From assembly GCA_964347045.1 (NCBI GenBank), contig CAYFXC010000002.1:96001-160000 (forward strand): 64,000 bases of DNA, in the 5' to 3' direction. The position numbers and the translations under genes were made by a program. Numbering within the stretch: the first letter of the stretch is position 1; every line of letters starts with the position of its first letter. Below are positions 28,292-39,104 of this stretch, in pieces. Source of the DNA: an uncultured archaeon (GTDB taxonomy: Archaea > Asgardarchaeota > Hermodarchaeia > Hermodarchaeales > Hermodarchaeaceae). The notes below the pieces were generated by a model. The model had not been told where the DNA came from and made no database searches. It saw only the letters and a list, made by a program, of their open reading frames with translations.

Positions 28292-29536
28292 TTAATTGTC
28301 TTCTTCTGATTGCTTTTCTTCTGAAGCAGATTTAGTTGGTTTTCCTTTACCGGCTGCTTTCACACGTTCTCGCCGAGATTCCTTTGCAGGAGCACGTTCA
28401 CGTAGTTGGCGTTCTGCTTCCGCTAAAGGACCTGGGGGAATTGTTGCAGGCAATGTCGGTGCTTGCCCAGTCAATTCAGCAATTTCAACTGATTTTTCAG
28501 CCCAGAGAACTTGTGCAGGATGTACGCCTGCGACTCGCCAGTAGAAGAAGCGGTCCCAGAGCTTTTCCTCAATTGAAAGGACTCCAGCTGATAGAGAGAC
28601 GAGGTTCAGTCCAAGTCGATTAAATGCTTTTGCAACAACTTTGCGGACCTGATCACGGATTTCGGCTTCATCTCGTAATGCGCTCATAAATTCGTGTTCG
28701 GAGAACTGATCTCGCATCACGTTATCGATTAGGGTTTTTAAATATTCAACGAGTTCCTGTGAGTTCATTGGGATGCGTTGCTCATGGAGTGTTGTGATAA
28801 GTTCACGGGGATCATCTACAACAAAGGCGAAGAGAAGCCCATAGGGCTCTTGGAGTCGGATTGACCGTTGATAGATGGTTTTCTCCTCTTTACCCAATCC
28901 AGTTTTAACTGGAATATCAAATTCTTCTCGACGCCAAGATTTTCCTGTCCATGTAAGTCGAGCAAGATCCGATGTTTGAGTAACACCCGTATTAGCGTAA
29001 ACGTGAACTCGACCGGTGTAAATATAGACGATATTGGCTTTGAAACCTTGACCACGCCATCCCGTTTTAATCAACGGAGAAGGAAAGGTTTCAATTGAAT
29101 ATGGGGTTTCGCTAGGCTCCCAGACTTCATACACTTTGAATTCCCGATTGCCATTGTTAAATTCTTCACCATATGCACAACAGATCCAATCGGGAGGCAC
29201 GTATATCTTCGCGTCTTTTTCTAAAATTTCGATTTGTTCCATATCCCGCTCAAGGTCAGGAGGATGATAGATAAATTGAGGTAGTCTAGCATCAGATTCC
29301 TGTATTTCAATCCCAGTGGGGAGTGTTCGTGTCATGGTTTTCCCGGTGGAAAACCCACCGAAAGCCGCAATCCGTGTTAGCCGACGAAATGCGCGGATTG
29401 CTTGGGCACCCCGATCCTTGTGGGGGGCTTGTATCATTTGAGTCCAATAGGTTTGTCCGCCGACATCACCAATAGGTATGCTAAATTGAGGTCCAATTTG
29501 TGGATCTGGTGCCATTAAACAAATTGCTTTTGCCAC
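28292..29536 (-). CDS. SPFH/band-7-like (YdjI-type) protein
   Basis: AKIYVP..YSIET.P..FKANIVYI, YGLLFAFVVDDPRELI, AFNRLGLNLVSLS. Confidence 0.55.
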   Translation of the reverse strand: MAKAICLMAPDPQIGPQFSIPIGDVGGQTYWTQMIQAPHKDRGAQAIRAFRRLTRIAAFGGFSTGKTMTRTLPTGIEIQESDARLPQFIYHPPDLERDMEQIEILEKDAKIYVPPDWICCAYGEEFNNGNREFKVYEVWEPSETPYSIETFPSPLIKTGWRGQGFKANIVYIYTGRVHVYANTGVTQTSDLARLTWTGKSWRREEFDIPVKTGLGKEEKTIYQRSIRLQEPYGLLFAFVVDDPRELITTLHEQRIPMNSQELVEYLKTLIDNVMRDQFSEHEFMSALRDEAEIRDQVRKVVAKAFNRLGLNLVSLSAGVLSIEEKLWDRFFYWRVAGVHPAQVLWAEKSVEIAELTGQAPTLPATIPPGPLAEAERQLRERAPAKESRRERVKAAGKGKPTKSASEEKQSEEDN

Positions 29537-29598
29537 GATGAAAGCCTCCTTCTCATATTTGCGAATACTTCTAACTTCAAATAACTATTGGTGAGTGG

Positions 29599-30456
29599 TT
29601 AAAATCCAGAGATTTCGTACCGGTCACCAAGTCGTTCTCTTTTTTTATCTTCTTTGCTACGCCATTCCTCTATGAATTGTTGTATTTTTTGTTGTAGTGT
29701 ACTATTTGGTGATTGGGCTATCCAGTCAAGAGAGATATGGACATGATCACCTCGAAGGACAATGGTTCGGGCTACGGCATCATAGTAGCCTCCTTGCCCT
29801 TTCTTGCTAAGGTATGCTATGAAATTAGTAAATTCTGTTTGAGCTTTTTTGCTATAACTTTGAAGCATGCTTTCAGGAACAACCAACATTTGGGTGTTAA
29901 TCCGTTTCCCAACAAGCTGGTAGATGGCGGTTTCCGTCGTTGCTTCATGTTTAACCCCACTTTCAAGTAATGTGAAGAAGTCGATTGGCCCAGAGAAACA
30001 GTTTTTAAAAAAGTCATGGCTAGTGCGTTGAAAATCTAATAGTTCCCCAGTGGCTTTGATGTAGACGACTTCGTTTACGCCATCAGAACGTTCAATAGCT
30101 AGATTCATGTGTTTTTTCCATTTAGTATAGCTTTCAGGATGTTCTTGAAGTTCTGGAAGAAAGACTAGGGGGATATTGAAGAACACCTTGCTATGTTTGA
30201 GTGCTTTTTCTAATTCTCCACTATATGGTTCTGGGGGTGGTAGACCTTCGATTTCAGCGACAAAAGAAGCCCGGAAGCTTGTGAGTATGAAATGTCCATC
30301 TTGTCCTTTCACCATTATTGGTTGGGTACCAGCGCGCACACCTTTCGCTATCTTTGCTTTGGCTACTAAGAGTAGCGTTTCTCCAGCTTTTGGAAGAATA
30401 CTTTTTACAAGGGTTAATTTTTCAGATGGTTCTAGTTCCCAGGTCAACACGATCAA
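29599..30456 (-). CDS. Hypothetical protein with PH-like (GRAM/GLUE-type) N-terminus and possible winged-helix C-terminus
   Basis: GETLLL...GHFILTSFRASF...FNIPL. Confidence 0.45.
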   Translation of the reverse strand: MIVLTWELEPSEKLTLVKSILPKAGETLLLVAKAKIAKGVRAGTQPIMVKGQDGHFILTSFRASFVAEIEGLPPPEPYSGELEKALKHSKVFFNIPLVFLPELQEHPESYTKWKKHMNLAIERSDGVNEVVYIKATGELLDFQRTSHDFFKNCFSGPIDFFTLLESGVKHEATTETAIYQLVGKRINTQMLVVPESMLQSYSKKAQTEFTNFIAYLSKKGQGGYYDAVARTIVLRGDHVHISLDWIAQSPNSTLQQKIQQFIEEWRSKEDKKRERLGDRYEISGF

Positions 30457-30497
30457 CCTTCATTTCTTTTATTGTAGAGGTCTTGATTATTTGATTA

Positions 30498-32645
30498 TTA
30501 CCCAAGGAATTGGGTAGCGAATAGTGTGAACTTTTCCATGATTTCTTGTGTTATGCTTGGCTGGGTGGAAGTAATGGCTTCTTGGAAGTGTGACATATTA
30601 ACAAGTGAGGCTTCGAGGTTTTTACGCAAAACTGCCAAGACTGCTTTACGGCAAACGTTTTGAATATCTGCGCCTGAGAACCCTTCGGTTACCAAAGCTA
30701 ATTGATCTATTTCTACATCATCGGCTAAAGGCATATTCCGAGTGTGCACGGAGAAAATGGCTTGACGAGTTGCCAAATTGGGAGGGGGGGTAAAAATGAA
30801 TATATCAAATCGTCCAGGTCGTAATAGAGCTGTATCAATCATGTCAGGGCGATTTGTCGCGGCTAAAACTACGACGCCTTCAAGTTCTTCCATTCCGTCC
30901 ATTTCAACCAGCAATTGATTAACGATACGTTCACTAACTCGACTATCATATCCAGATCCACGGCGTGGAGCGATGTTATCAAGTTCATCAATAAATAGGA
31001 TAGATGGTGCCGCCTGACGTGCGCGTCTAAAAATTTCAGCGATGATTTTTTCTGATTCACCCACCCATTTACTCATTACCTCTGCACCGCGGATACTGAT
31101 GAAATTTGCCTGACTTTCAGTAGCTACTGCTTTTGCAAGAAGGGTTTTTCCAGTTCCAGGAGGACCAAAGAGAAGAACGCCTTTTGGAGGATTGATATTG
31201 AAACGGGAAAAAACATCGGGTCGACTAATTGGTAATTCGACAGCTTCACGTAACGCCTGTTTTGCCTCTTCCATGCCTCCAACATCATCCCATCGAACCA
31301 TAGGAACATCAATAGCAATTTCCCGAAGGGCCGATGGTTCGATAACTTGACGTGCAGATTTGAAATCGTTGGATGAAACAACAATCTGGTTTATCACATC
31401 TGGAGGGACCTGCATTTGCTGTTCCTCGATTTTTGGTAGCATTCGCCGAAGCGCACCCAATGCAGCTTCCTTAACTAAAAAGGCTAAATCTGAACCCACA
31501 AACCCATAGGTGCCTTGAGCGATTTGCTCTAAATCCACGGATTCGTCAAGAGGCACTCCGCGTGTATGGACTCGAAGAATATCGTACCGCCCACGAGTAT
31601 CAGGAACTGTAATGTGGATCTCACGGTCAAACCGGCCTGGTCGTCGAAGTGCGGGATCAACAGCTTCTAACCGATTAGTGGCCGCGAGTACAAAAACTTG
31701 ATCTCGATCTTGAAGCCCATCCATAAGAGTCAAAAGTTGTGCAACAATACGACTTTCCATACCTCCCGATTCTCGTCTAGCAGCAATAGCATCAATTTCA
31801 TCGATAAAAATAATTGCAGGCTTGTTCTTTTCGGCTTCCTGAAAGGCGTCTCTTAGAAATTTTTCGGATTCCCCGTAGTATTGACTAACGATTTCTGGAC
31901 CGTTTATAGCACGAAAGAAAGCTTCACTTTCTGTTGCAACAGTTTTTGCCAAAAGAGTTTTACCACAACCTGGAGGTCCATGGAGAAGAATACCACGGGG
32001 AGGTTGAATTTTTAATCGCGCAAATAACTCAGGGTGACGAATCGGAAGTTCGACAATCTCTCGTATTCGTGATATTGCGTCATCCAGTCCTCCTATATCA
32101 TCGTAAGTTGTCGTAGCTATAATCTGCATTTCCTCAGGAGCCTCCTTTCGGAGCTGAATGTCGGTATTTAAATTTACGAGTACATTACCAAGAGGGACCG
32201 TCTTCGCCACATAGAACTTGGCTTCACTTAGAGCAAACGCCGCTCTGCCAATTGCAATAATAGTATCCTTTTTGATAGGTTTGTCAAGAAGATTCGATTT
32301 TAACAAGGAAGTGGCTAACTCTTGCCGATATTCAATTTCTTCACCCTTGAGTGGGGTTAAAATTACACTCTGGGCAGGTTGTGCTTCGATGCCATGTAGC
32401 GTCACTACATCACCGATATGAACCCCTGCGTTTAGACGGGTTAGACCATCCATTTTAATGACATTCTGATCTTGAATACTAGGGTCACGAACCGCGAGGG
32501 CACATACGCTTTTCTTGCCTACAATCTCAACTAGCGAACCATCCGTGAGTTGTAACTGCGCTAACACGGCGGGGTCAATTCGTACTGTGAATCGACCCAC
32601 GTCTACGGCACTCGCTTCTACCACACGTACCGATACTACACTCAT
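30498..32645 (-). CDS. cdc48: CDC48/VCP-family AAA+ ATPase
   Basis: N-domain plus two AAA modules: GPPGCGKT/FIDEID/RRPGRFD and GPPGTGKT/FIDELD/LRPGRFD. Confidence 0.95.
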   Translation of the reverse strand: MSVVSVRVVEASAVDVGRFTVRIDPAVLAQLQLTDGSLVEIVGKKSVCALAVRDPSIQDQNVIKMDGLTRLNAGVHIGDVVTLHGIEAQPAQSVILTPLKGEEIEYRQELATSLLKSNLLDKPIKKDTIIAIGRAAFALSEAKFYVAKTVPLGNVLVNLNTDIQLRKEAPEEMQIIATTTYDDIGGLDDAISRIREIVELPIRHPELFARLKIQPPRGILLHGPPGCGKTLLAKTVATESEAFFRAINGPEIVSQYYGESEKFLRDAFQEAEKNKPAIIFIDEIDAIAARRESGGMESRIVAQLLTLMDGLQDRDQVFVLAATNRLEAVDPALRRPGRFDREIHITVPDTRGRYDILRVHTRGVPLDESVDLEQIAQGTYGFVGSDLAFLVKEAALGALRRMLPKIEEQQMQVPPDVINQIVVSSNDFKSARQVIEPSALREIAIDVPMVRWDDVGGMEEAKQALREAVELPISRPDVFSRFNINPPKGVLLFGPPGTGKTLLAKAVATESQANFISIRGAEVMSKWVGESEKIIAEIFRRARQAAPSILFIDELDNIAPRRGSGYDSRVSERIVNQLLVEMDGMEELEGVVVLAATNRPDMIDTALLRPGRFDIFIFTPPPNLATRQAIFSVHTRNMPLADDVEIDQLALVTEGFSGADIQNVCRKAVLAVLRKNLEASLVNMSHFQEAITSTQPSITQEIMEKFTLFATQFLG

Positions 32646-32737
32646 TTTAACCACACCTCACTTGTGTTTGGGATGCATGAGTTATTGGTATTACCCACGC
32701 GAGTAGCATATTTAACTCCGGCGCCTGATAGAAGAAT

Positions 32738-33628
32738 ATGGGTCGTAAAATTATGTCCACCCCAAAGCCATCTGCAATTCTTTTTCATACTGGTCACAAT
32801 GAAGAACTTGCCCTCGACGAACCTGAACTCACTCATTTAGTGAAATTACTTGAAGCAAATGGAATGGCACCGCATTCTTCGAATATCCCGATATCAGGTG
32901 AGGAACTTTCAAAATTTCGAGTAGTAGTGCTAGGTAATCCCTTGGATATGAAATTCGATTCTCACGAAATAACCTCATTAGTTTCCTTCGTTGAAGCGGG
33001 CGGTGGCCTACTATTACTAAGTGGTGCTACAATATTTGGAAAAGGAGGGGATGCGGCGCGAAAAACGAACCTTAATGAAATCGCAAAACATTTCCAATTT
33101 AAATTTTCTACAAAGGCAATTGAACGTCCTAAAGATTCCCCAGATGAAATGATTACAGCAGTTCCGGCTAAAGACCATCCATCCAATGAAGGAATTCATA
33201 ATCTGCAATTTACATCAGGAGTTAGTCTACTCGCAGAGGATGCAGGAATCCATCTTTTCCGAGTTTCTAATATTGCAGGTAATCCCACAATAGCTATAGC
33301 TACTGATGTAAAGAAGGGACGGGTTATCGCTTTTGGGGGAGGAACTTTCTTTTTCAATGACTATATTGGCATAGGTGACCATGAACAACTCATTGTTCAA
33401 CTATTCCGATGGCTTTCAGATGAACCTTTGAACCTCCCTTTTACGAAAATCTCAATCCCACCCCTAATCCATGATGAAGCATCCGCCAATGAAGCAATTG
33501 TCGAACTTCGACAACAGCTTGATAGGATAGAGGAAGAACTTGCCAGCCTTAAAGAAATTATTAGCTCAAGTGTCAAAGAAATGGAAAAACTAATGCGAAA
33601 AATCCAAAATGACGCTAAGGAGACCTAG
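32738..33628 (+). CDS. GIFT/IFT52-like (DUF4350) domain protein with C-terminal coiled coil
   Basis: ILFHTGHNE, EITSLVSFVEAGGGLLL, NLNEIAKHF, KGRVIAFG; heptad-pattern tail. Confidence 0.7.
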   Translation: MGRKIMSTPKPSAILFHTGHNEELALDEPELTHLVKLLEANGMAPHSSNIPISGEELSKFRVVVLGNPLDMKFDSHEITSLVSFVEAGGGLLLLSGATIFGKGGDAARKTNLNEIAKHFQFKFSTKAIERPKDSPDEMITAVPAKDHPSNEGIHNLQFTSGVSLLAEDAGIHLFRVSNIAGNPTIAIATDVKKGRVIAFGGGTFFFNDYIGIGDHEQLIVQLFRWLSDEPLNLPFTKISIPPLIHDEASANEAIVELRQQLDRIEEELASLKEIISSSVKEMEKLMRKIQNDAKET

Positions 33629-34287
33629 TTTGTATAGGTCACCAATTGTTCGATAGTGATTCGACGTTCTAATTGTGCGGCTCCATAGTTTTGGAGAGAA
33701 AAGTAATCTAGCATCACCTGAAAAACTGGTTGTTGGAGTATTTGAGCGAGTTCTTTTATAGACTTTTTTCCATCAATAGCCTCTAGGAGAGAATGTAATT
33801 TCACTGGAACCTGGCTTTTAGGAACTGTATGTACGCGGATTGGGGTGTAGTCTTCAGAAACAGCAAATGGACGAAAGAGCAATTCGATTTGTGGAGCAAT
33901 TTCTCGAAAGGGACTTAAATCACCAAGCCAGTTTTCTAACATTTCGCCATGTTCTCGTTCCATGATGTTAATGAGGGCACGCATGCGTTCACGAATGGCC
34001 ACTAAGTCATCTGTAGAGAATACGGCGACGTAGATATTCTGCCCGTATTCTAAGAGAATTTTGACGTCCTCACGGTCAATGATGCGTAATCGACCATCCT
34101 CTCGTTCAAGGGCTCGTAATTTTTGACCAACCTCTGAGATTCGACCAACAAGATCAGAAAGAAACATGCTCACAGCAGAAAGGAAGCCAGTAACAAGATC
34201 AGGTTCCATGTTCTCGATTTGGAAATCTTTTTGGAGGAGGGTTCGACCATCACGATATACGACGTAAAGACTATACAATTGAGCCAT
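33625..34287 (-). CDS. Longin/roadblock-like domain protein with C-terminal wHTH
   Basis: LYVVYRDGRTL, DLVTGFLSAVSMF, KILLEYG, WLGDLSPF; IDGKKSIKELA. Confidence 0.75.
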   Translation of the reverse strand: MAQLYSLYVVYRDGRTLLQKDFQIENMEPDLVTGFLSAVSMFLSDLVGRISEVGQKLRALEREDGRLRIIDREDVKILLEYGQNIYVAVFSTDDLVAIRERMRALINIMEREHGEMLENWLGDLSPFREIAPQIELLFRPFAVSEDYTPIRVHTVPKSQVPVKLHSLLEAIDGKKSIKELAQILQQPVFQVMLDYFSLQNYGAAQLERRITIEQLVTYTN

Positions 34288-34349
34288 TCGAACTCAACCT
34301 TTGGTAATACTTCACTCATGACACCAATAGAGAAAAGCTTTGCGAGACA

Positions 34350-36938
34350 TCATCTAACTCGTTGTGCAATTCGATGGATTTCGCTAATGATTTCTGTAGG
34401 AGAGGTTAATTCATCGCCGAGATACGTTCGACCCCGAGTGATGTACGCCATATAGAATGCCAAAAAAGGTATGAGTTTGTCATCTTTAATTCCGACTTCG
34501 ATGTAATTGGGAATGTTCAATTCATGAGCTCGCTTTCGAGTCCATTCTAAGATGACGTCATGATGTTGTTTTTGTTTAATTGGAAAGAATTCGTGGTGTA
34601 GGTTAATTGTCACTAAGGGTATGCGATCATTGCTGAGAAGGTGACATTGATGCAAAACATCGGCGATGGCTTCTGGTAATCCGAGATCAGGCGTATTTGA
34701 TTTACTCAACTGGATATTAGGGAGAAAATCGCTAAATACCACGATGATCGGAAGGGTGCCGGGATTTCGTCGACGTTCGCGTTTGATAGTTTCGTGGGCA
34801 CGTTTCAATCCAGCCGCGAGGGGTGTATAGCCAGAGAGTCGGAGGGTCATGAGCTTTGAAACCAAACGGGTCCAATTTGTAGTTGGAGCTTGTACTTCCA
34901 TGGCGCCCCAGTCTTTAAGTGCGATGAGCCCTACGCGATCTCTTGTGCCTTCCAGACAGCTTTTAAACGCAATTAATGAGAGTTGAAGTTTGTCGAAACT
35001 TTTGAGCATTGAAACACTCAAATCGACTACAAAGATAACCGTGAGGGGTGTCCGACTTTGAAAGCGTTTCTCTCGAACGTCGGGTGGCTGAATACGTACG
35101 CGAGGAATTTGTGGTCTTTCTGGATTGGTGTGGAGTGCAGCGGCTTTGATGGTGGCGGGAATATGAATGTTTCGTGGAGATCCTTGTGGAAGCCCTGATC
35201 CGAGAAGCACTCCACCCTCGGTTTCTCGAGAATGGATTGATCCTGCTCGTCGTCCGACTTGGCGGATTGACCATTTAGGAGCTCTTTGACGTCCAAAATA
35301 TCGGGGTTCGAGAAAGTCCTTAAAATCAAATAGTGGTTTTCCTTCATCCATTCGAATCAATGAAGAAGACGATACTGGTTTGCTAGAAACAGAGGGAGGT
35401 GAGGAGCTTTGAGATTTTTGAGGTGGTGCAGTACTTGTAATGGGTGGTGCTGTGGATTCCCCCTGATGTTTGGCACGGCGATATTTTCCCTTATAGTCGG
35501 GTGGTCGATCTCCTTGTGACAGCGCTGGCATGACTGAGCCGGGTCGCCTTTGAAGGCGAAATAATCGTTCGAGGAAAACGACTAGACCTGCTGAAATTAA
35601 TCCGCCAACAACGAAATTGATAGGAGGAGGGAGCGGTAAAAGAAGGCCGATTGCTCCAGCGACTACCATGAAGAAACATACAAAACCTGTGTAGGAACAG
35701 CGTCCACCCGTGCTTCTCCTAGGCGGTGTTCCAAAAAACTGTTCACCATCTTGATTGCTATCCAACGGATGATACTGTTTGAATTTGTTAGTGAGTTTCT
35801 GATGCTCATCTTTTGTGTACGGATCTTTGTCCTTGGACTGAGGTGTCTGTGTTTTAGCTTTTTTTCTTGCCTCTTTCATAACGTCATGAATTTCGTTACC
35901 CGTAGGAGGTTCTAAAATTCCACGTTGTCGAGTTCGATGGCTAAGAGCAAGCGGGGCGACAGTTTCAATATCATCCGCAGTGACTGTTGTTCGTCCATCA
36001 AAAGCAGCAAATGCCATTGCCGTTTTTGCTATCACAATATCAGGGCGAGCGCCATCTACTTGGAGTTCAGTAGTCAAATGGGCGATGACTTGCATAATGT
36101 CTTCAGATATCATTACGGTTTTCATTCGTTCACGGGCAGCTGTAATTTCATCTCGGAGTTTGTCTTCTTTAGGAGCCCATTTCTTTTGGAGAGCTCTAGG
36201 ATCTCGTTCAAAGTCTATGTTTATCTGGATAATTTCGACTCGCTCTTCTTGTGAGAAAGGACGCTGGATTGCGACATGAAGCGGAAACCGATCAAGTAGT
36301 TGGGGGCGGAGTTCCCCTTCTTCAGGATTCATTGATCCGACGAAAATAAATCGAGCGGGATGGCTCACAGATATTCCTTCTCTTTCCACGACATTAATTC
36401 CTGTTGCGGCTGCATCAAGAAGCGAATCAACAATATGATCAGGAAGAAGATTGACTTCATCAACGTAAAGGATGTTTTGATTGGCATCGGCAAGAATCCC
36501 AGGCTTTAAGGCAGCTTCTCCTTCACGAATGGCTCGTTCAACATCTAAACTGCCAACGACACGATCTTCGGTAGCACTCAGGGGGAGGTTGACTACGCGC
36601 ATCTTTTGCATTTTGGTGTTTAATTTCTTAGTCTTTTCAAATTTTGCTGTACAAGCCGTGCAGAGTTCAGTGGCATTATCGGGATCACAACGAAACTTAC
36701 AGCCTTTTACTACAGGGATTTCTGGTAAGAGCGCTGCGAGCGAACGAACAACCGTTGTTTTCCCTGTACCTTTCGGACCCGTGATTAAGAGTCCTCCAAT
36801 GCTGGGATTAATGGCATTGAGAAGTAGGGCAAGTTTCAACTCGTCATGATTAACTAAAGCTGTGAAAGGAAGAACATTGCGAGTGCCGATGTTCACTTCC
36901 GGTGCCAATCCACGAACCTCTACAATTCCTGCGCCCAT
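34350..36938 (-). CDS. ChlI/ChlD-like AAA+ chelatase-vWA fusion with internal TM hairpin
   Basis: [43 protein letters not shown]; v[16 protein letters not shown]. Confidence 0.88.
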   Translation of the reverse strand: MGAGIVEVRGLAPEVNIGTRNVLPFTALVNHDELKLALLLNAINPSIGGLLITGPKGTGKTTVVRSLAALLPEIPVVKGCKFRCDPDNATELCTACTAKFEKTKKLNTKMQKMRVVNLPLSATEDRVVGSLDVERAIREGEAALKPGILADANQNILYVDEVNLLPDHIVDSLLDAAATGINVVEREGISVSHPARFIFVGSMNPEEGELRPQLLDRFPLHVAIQRPFSQEERVEIIQINIDFERDPRALQKKWAPKEDKLRDEITAARERMKTVMISEDIMQVIAHLTTELQVDGARPDIVIAKTAMAFAAFDGRTTVTADDIETVAPLALSHRTRQRGILEPPTGNEIHDVMKEARKKAKTQTPQSKDKDPYTKDEHQKLTNKFKQYHPLDSNQDGEQFFGTPPRRSTGGRCSYTGFVCFFMVVAGAIGLLLPLPPPINFVVGGLISAGLVVFLERLFRLQRRPGSVMPALSQGDRPPDYKGKYRRAKHQGESTAPPITSTAPPQKSQSSSPPSVSSKPVSSSSLIRMDEGKPLFDFKDFLEPRYFGRQRAPKWSIRQVGRRAGSIHSRETEGGVLLGSGLPQGSPRNIHIPATIKAAALHTNPERPQIPRVRIQPPDVREKRFQSRTPLTVIFVVDLSVSMLKSFDKLQLSLIAFKSCLEGTRDRVGLIALKDWGAMEVQAPTTNWTRLVSKLMTLRLSGYTPLAAGLKRAHETIKRERRRNPGTLPIIVVFSDFLPNIQLSKSNTPDLGLPEAIADVLHQCHLLSNDRIPLVTINLHHEFFPIKQKQHHDVILEWTRKRAHELNIPNYIEVGIKDDKLIPFLAFYMAYITRGRTYLGDELTSPTEIISEIHRIAQRVR

Positions 36939-37059
36939 TCCTCTTATGAAATTTTCCGAAGATGCACCATATATGATCCAAATTAGTTGCTCTTGAGATT
37001 AAATGGCTAGGTAAAAGCTTTAGCCTGTGAGACTTTACCTTGTAGCTATGATAGGTCAG

Positions 37060-37569
37060 ATGCCAACGGATTTTCGAAGTGGGCTAATAGAAGCCTATGA
37101 AGCCGCACGCAATCATCTTCGCTACATCGTTTCGGATTTAACACCAAAACAGGCTGCTAGAGAGCCTACTCCTGAATCACGTACAATTCTTTATTATTTG
37201 ACTCACATTGCGAATTCTGAGCTCTATTGGTTATCTGCATCAGGGCGAAAGGTCGTTGTATACGCAAAGACGGTCCCCCTTGATATTGCATTAGACTTGT
37301 TAGAAGATGTCCGGAAACGAATGATACGTGAACTTAAAGACTGCCCACCAGAAGAACTTGTATTTCAACCACCAACGAAGAAATCAAAACCAAGTCTGGG
37401 TTGGGTTATATCTCGAATCACCCTACACACACTTTATCATAGCGGCGAAATCATTTACGCTCGCTACGCTGTTGGAGGATCTGATTTACCAAATGATCAA
37501 CTTGAAGAATATTGGGGGCGTATGATGGATGCCATCGCCCACCTAATTTTTTTGCAGAGCAATACATGA
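37060..37569 (+). CDS. DinB/YfiT family protein
   Basis: LTHIANSELYW, LHTLYHSGEI. Confidence 0.75.
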   Translation: MPTDFRSGLIEAYEAARNHLRYIVSDLTPKQAAREPTPESRTILYYLTHIANSELYWLSASGRKVVVYAKTVPLDIALDLLEDVRKRMIRELKDCPPEELVFQPPTKKSKPSLGWVISRITLHTLYHSGEIIYARYAVGGSDLPNDQLEEYWGRMMDAIAHLIFLQSNT

Positions 37570-37608
37570 GTTTACTTTCTTTATCAAAAATCCATTGAGT
37601 TCTTATTT

Positions 37609-38142
37609 TCAAGCTGAAATCATTTCGATGAAAGCTTGTTCAAAAATCGAGTAGGAAGCAGGATCAAAGAGACAAAAGATTATTCTGCGAAGTGATGTTC
37701 GTGAATCACGAATGAAGTCTAGTGTGGTGGAAAGAATGATTTTTGCTGCTCGTTCTTTGGGAAATCCAAAGATGCCTGTACTGATGGCTGGCAATGCTAT
37801 GCTGCGTAAATGTTTACTATCAGCGAGTTTTAACGTATTTTGAACTACACTAGCGAGTTTCTCATCTTCTTCACCTTCACCCCATTGAGGTCCCACTGCA
37901 TGAATGACATAACGTGCTTTGAGATTTCCCCCAGATGTAAGAACAGCCGTTCCAACCGGTGTTCCCCCAATATCATTACACTCTCGTTGGATTGAAGGCC
38001 CTCCGCGGCGGCGAATTGCTCCAGCAACCCCACCTCCCATTTGGAGTGATTCGTTGGCAGCATTAACGATTGCATCTGTAGCTAGGTCTGTAATATCGCC
38101 TTGGACGAGTTCGATAGTGACGTTATTAATAACCCGCCGCAT
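37609..38142 (-). CDS. Macro-domain (ADP-ribose hydrolase) protein
   Basis: GDIT, DAIVNAAN, GGGVAGAI, VIHAVGP, PAISTGIFGFP. Confidence 0.95.
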   Translation of the reverse strand: MRRVINNVTIELVQGDITDLATDAIVNAANESLQMGGGVAGAIRRRGGPSIQRECNDIGGTPVGTAVLTSGGNLKARYVIHAVGPQWGEGEEDEKLASVVQNTLKLADSKHLRSIALPAISTGIFGFPKERAAKIILSTTLDFIRDSRTSLRRIIFCLFDPASYSIFEQAFIEMISA

Positions 38143-38299
38143 GCTCCATCACCCATTCGATCATCCACTATCAGCAAAGGGTCTAACATCTCAGCTTAAA
38201 GGTTTCCCCTCCTAACCTTTCCCAACAGAAACCTTGAAAGTTCTTGTTTGTTATATTTGTTTTTCCTTCTCCATAGCAGAATAGCCTAGAGAATCACAG

Positions 38300-38980
38300 C
38301 TAGGGGAGAAGTGGACCCATCAGCAAGCCAGTTAACCCTGCAACGATTATTAATCCCCAAGAGATGAGAATGAGAATTAGGCAGCTGTATAACAGACCAC
38401 GATGACCAGACACATTGACAAGATTCAGGTGCTCATCAAGATATGTGGCTTTGAAAGTCGCACGCGCATAAAAAACCGCAGCTAGTCCCAGCGGTACCCA
38501 AATTAGGTCAATAATAGTCCAAATTGATCCAACCAAAACCGCGGCAATCCCCCCAAAAATCCCACCAATCATTGCAAACAAGTAAAAGTCTGCTAAAACG
38601 AAACCGGTGGTTTCCCACAAAACTCCAGTTACCATTGCACTTGGTTCACCATATCGACTAGAAGCAAATCTTCTCCCGAAATAACCTACTACGTAGGCTT
38701 CAATGCCACGTACCGCGACAACACCGGGAATGTACACAGCAGGTAAGCCAGCATAGGTGATAAGGAGACCCTTTCCCACAAGCTGACCGATTACAGTAAT
38801 AATTAAACCAATCTCAGGACCATACAAGATTGCAGCAGCAAAGATTAACACAGAAGAAGCATCAATACTTCCCAAAGGAGTTGGAACAACAATGCTTGCA
38901 TAGGCTAATACAGCCATAAGCGCACTGAGGATTCCAATCGTAGCAAAATACATTGATCGTGGCGAGGGGGGTTCAGACAT
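38300..38980 (-). CDS. ECF transporter S-component
   Basis: IGILSAL..VVPTPLGSIDAS..AAILYGP, VRGIEAYVVG; about 6 TMs. Confidence 0.8.
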   Translation of the reverse strand: MSEPPSPRSMYFATIGILSALMAVLAYASIVVPTPLGSIDASSVLIFAAAILYGPEIGLIITVIGQLVGKGLLITYAGLPAVYIPGVVAVRGIEAYVVGYFGRRFASSRYGEPSAMVTGVLWETTGFVLADFYLFAMIGGIFGGIAAVLVGSIWTIIDLIWVPLGLAAVFYARATFKATYLDEHLNLVNVSGHRGLLYSCLILILISWGLIIVAGLTGLLMGPLLP

Positions 38981-39104
38981 TACAGTTCCCTCTTTTGAAG
39001 CAATTGCGATGATAAACGGGATGTATATAAGATTTGTGTAAAATGCCGTAGACTCAAAAGGAAGAATTATCAAGAATTTGGAAGGTTCAGCTCAGTGAGG
39101 GTTT

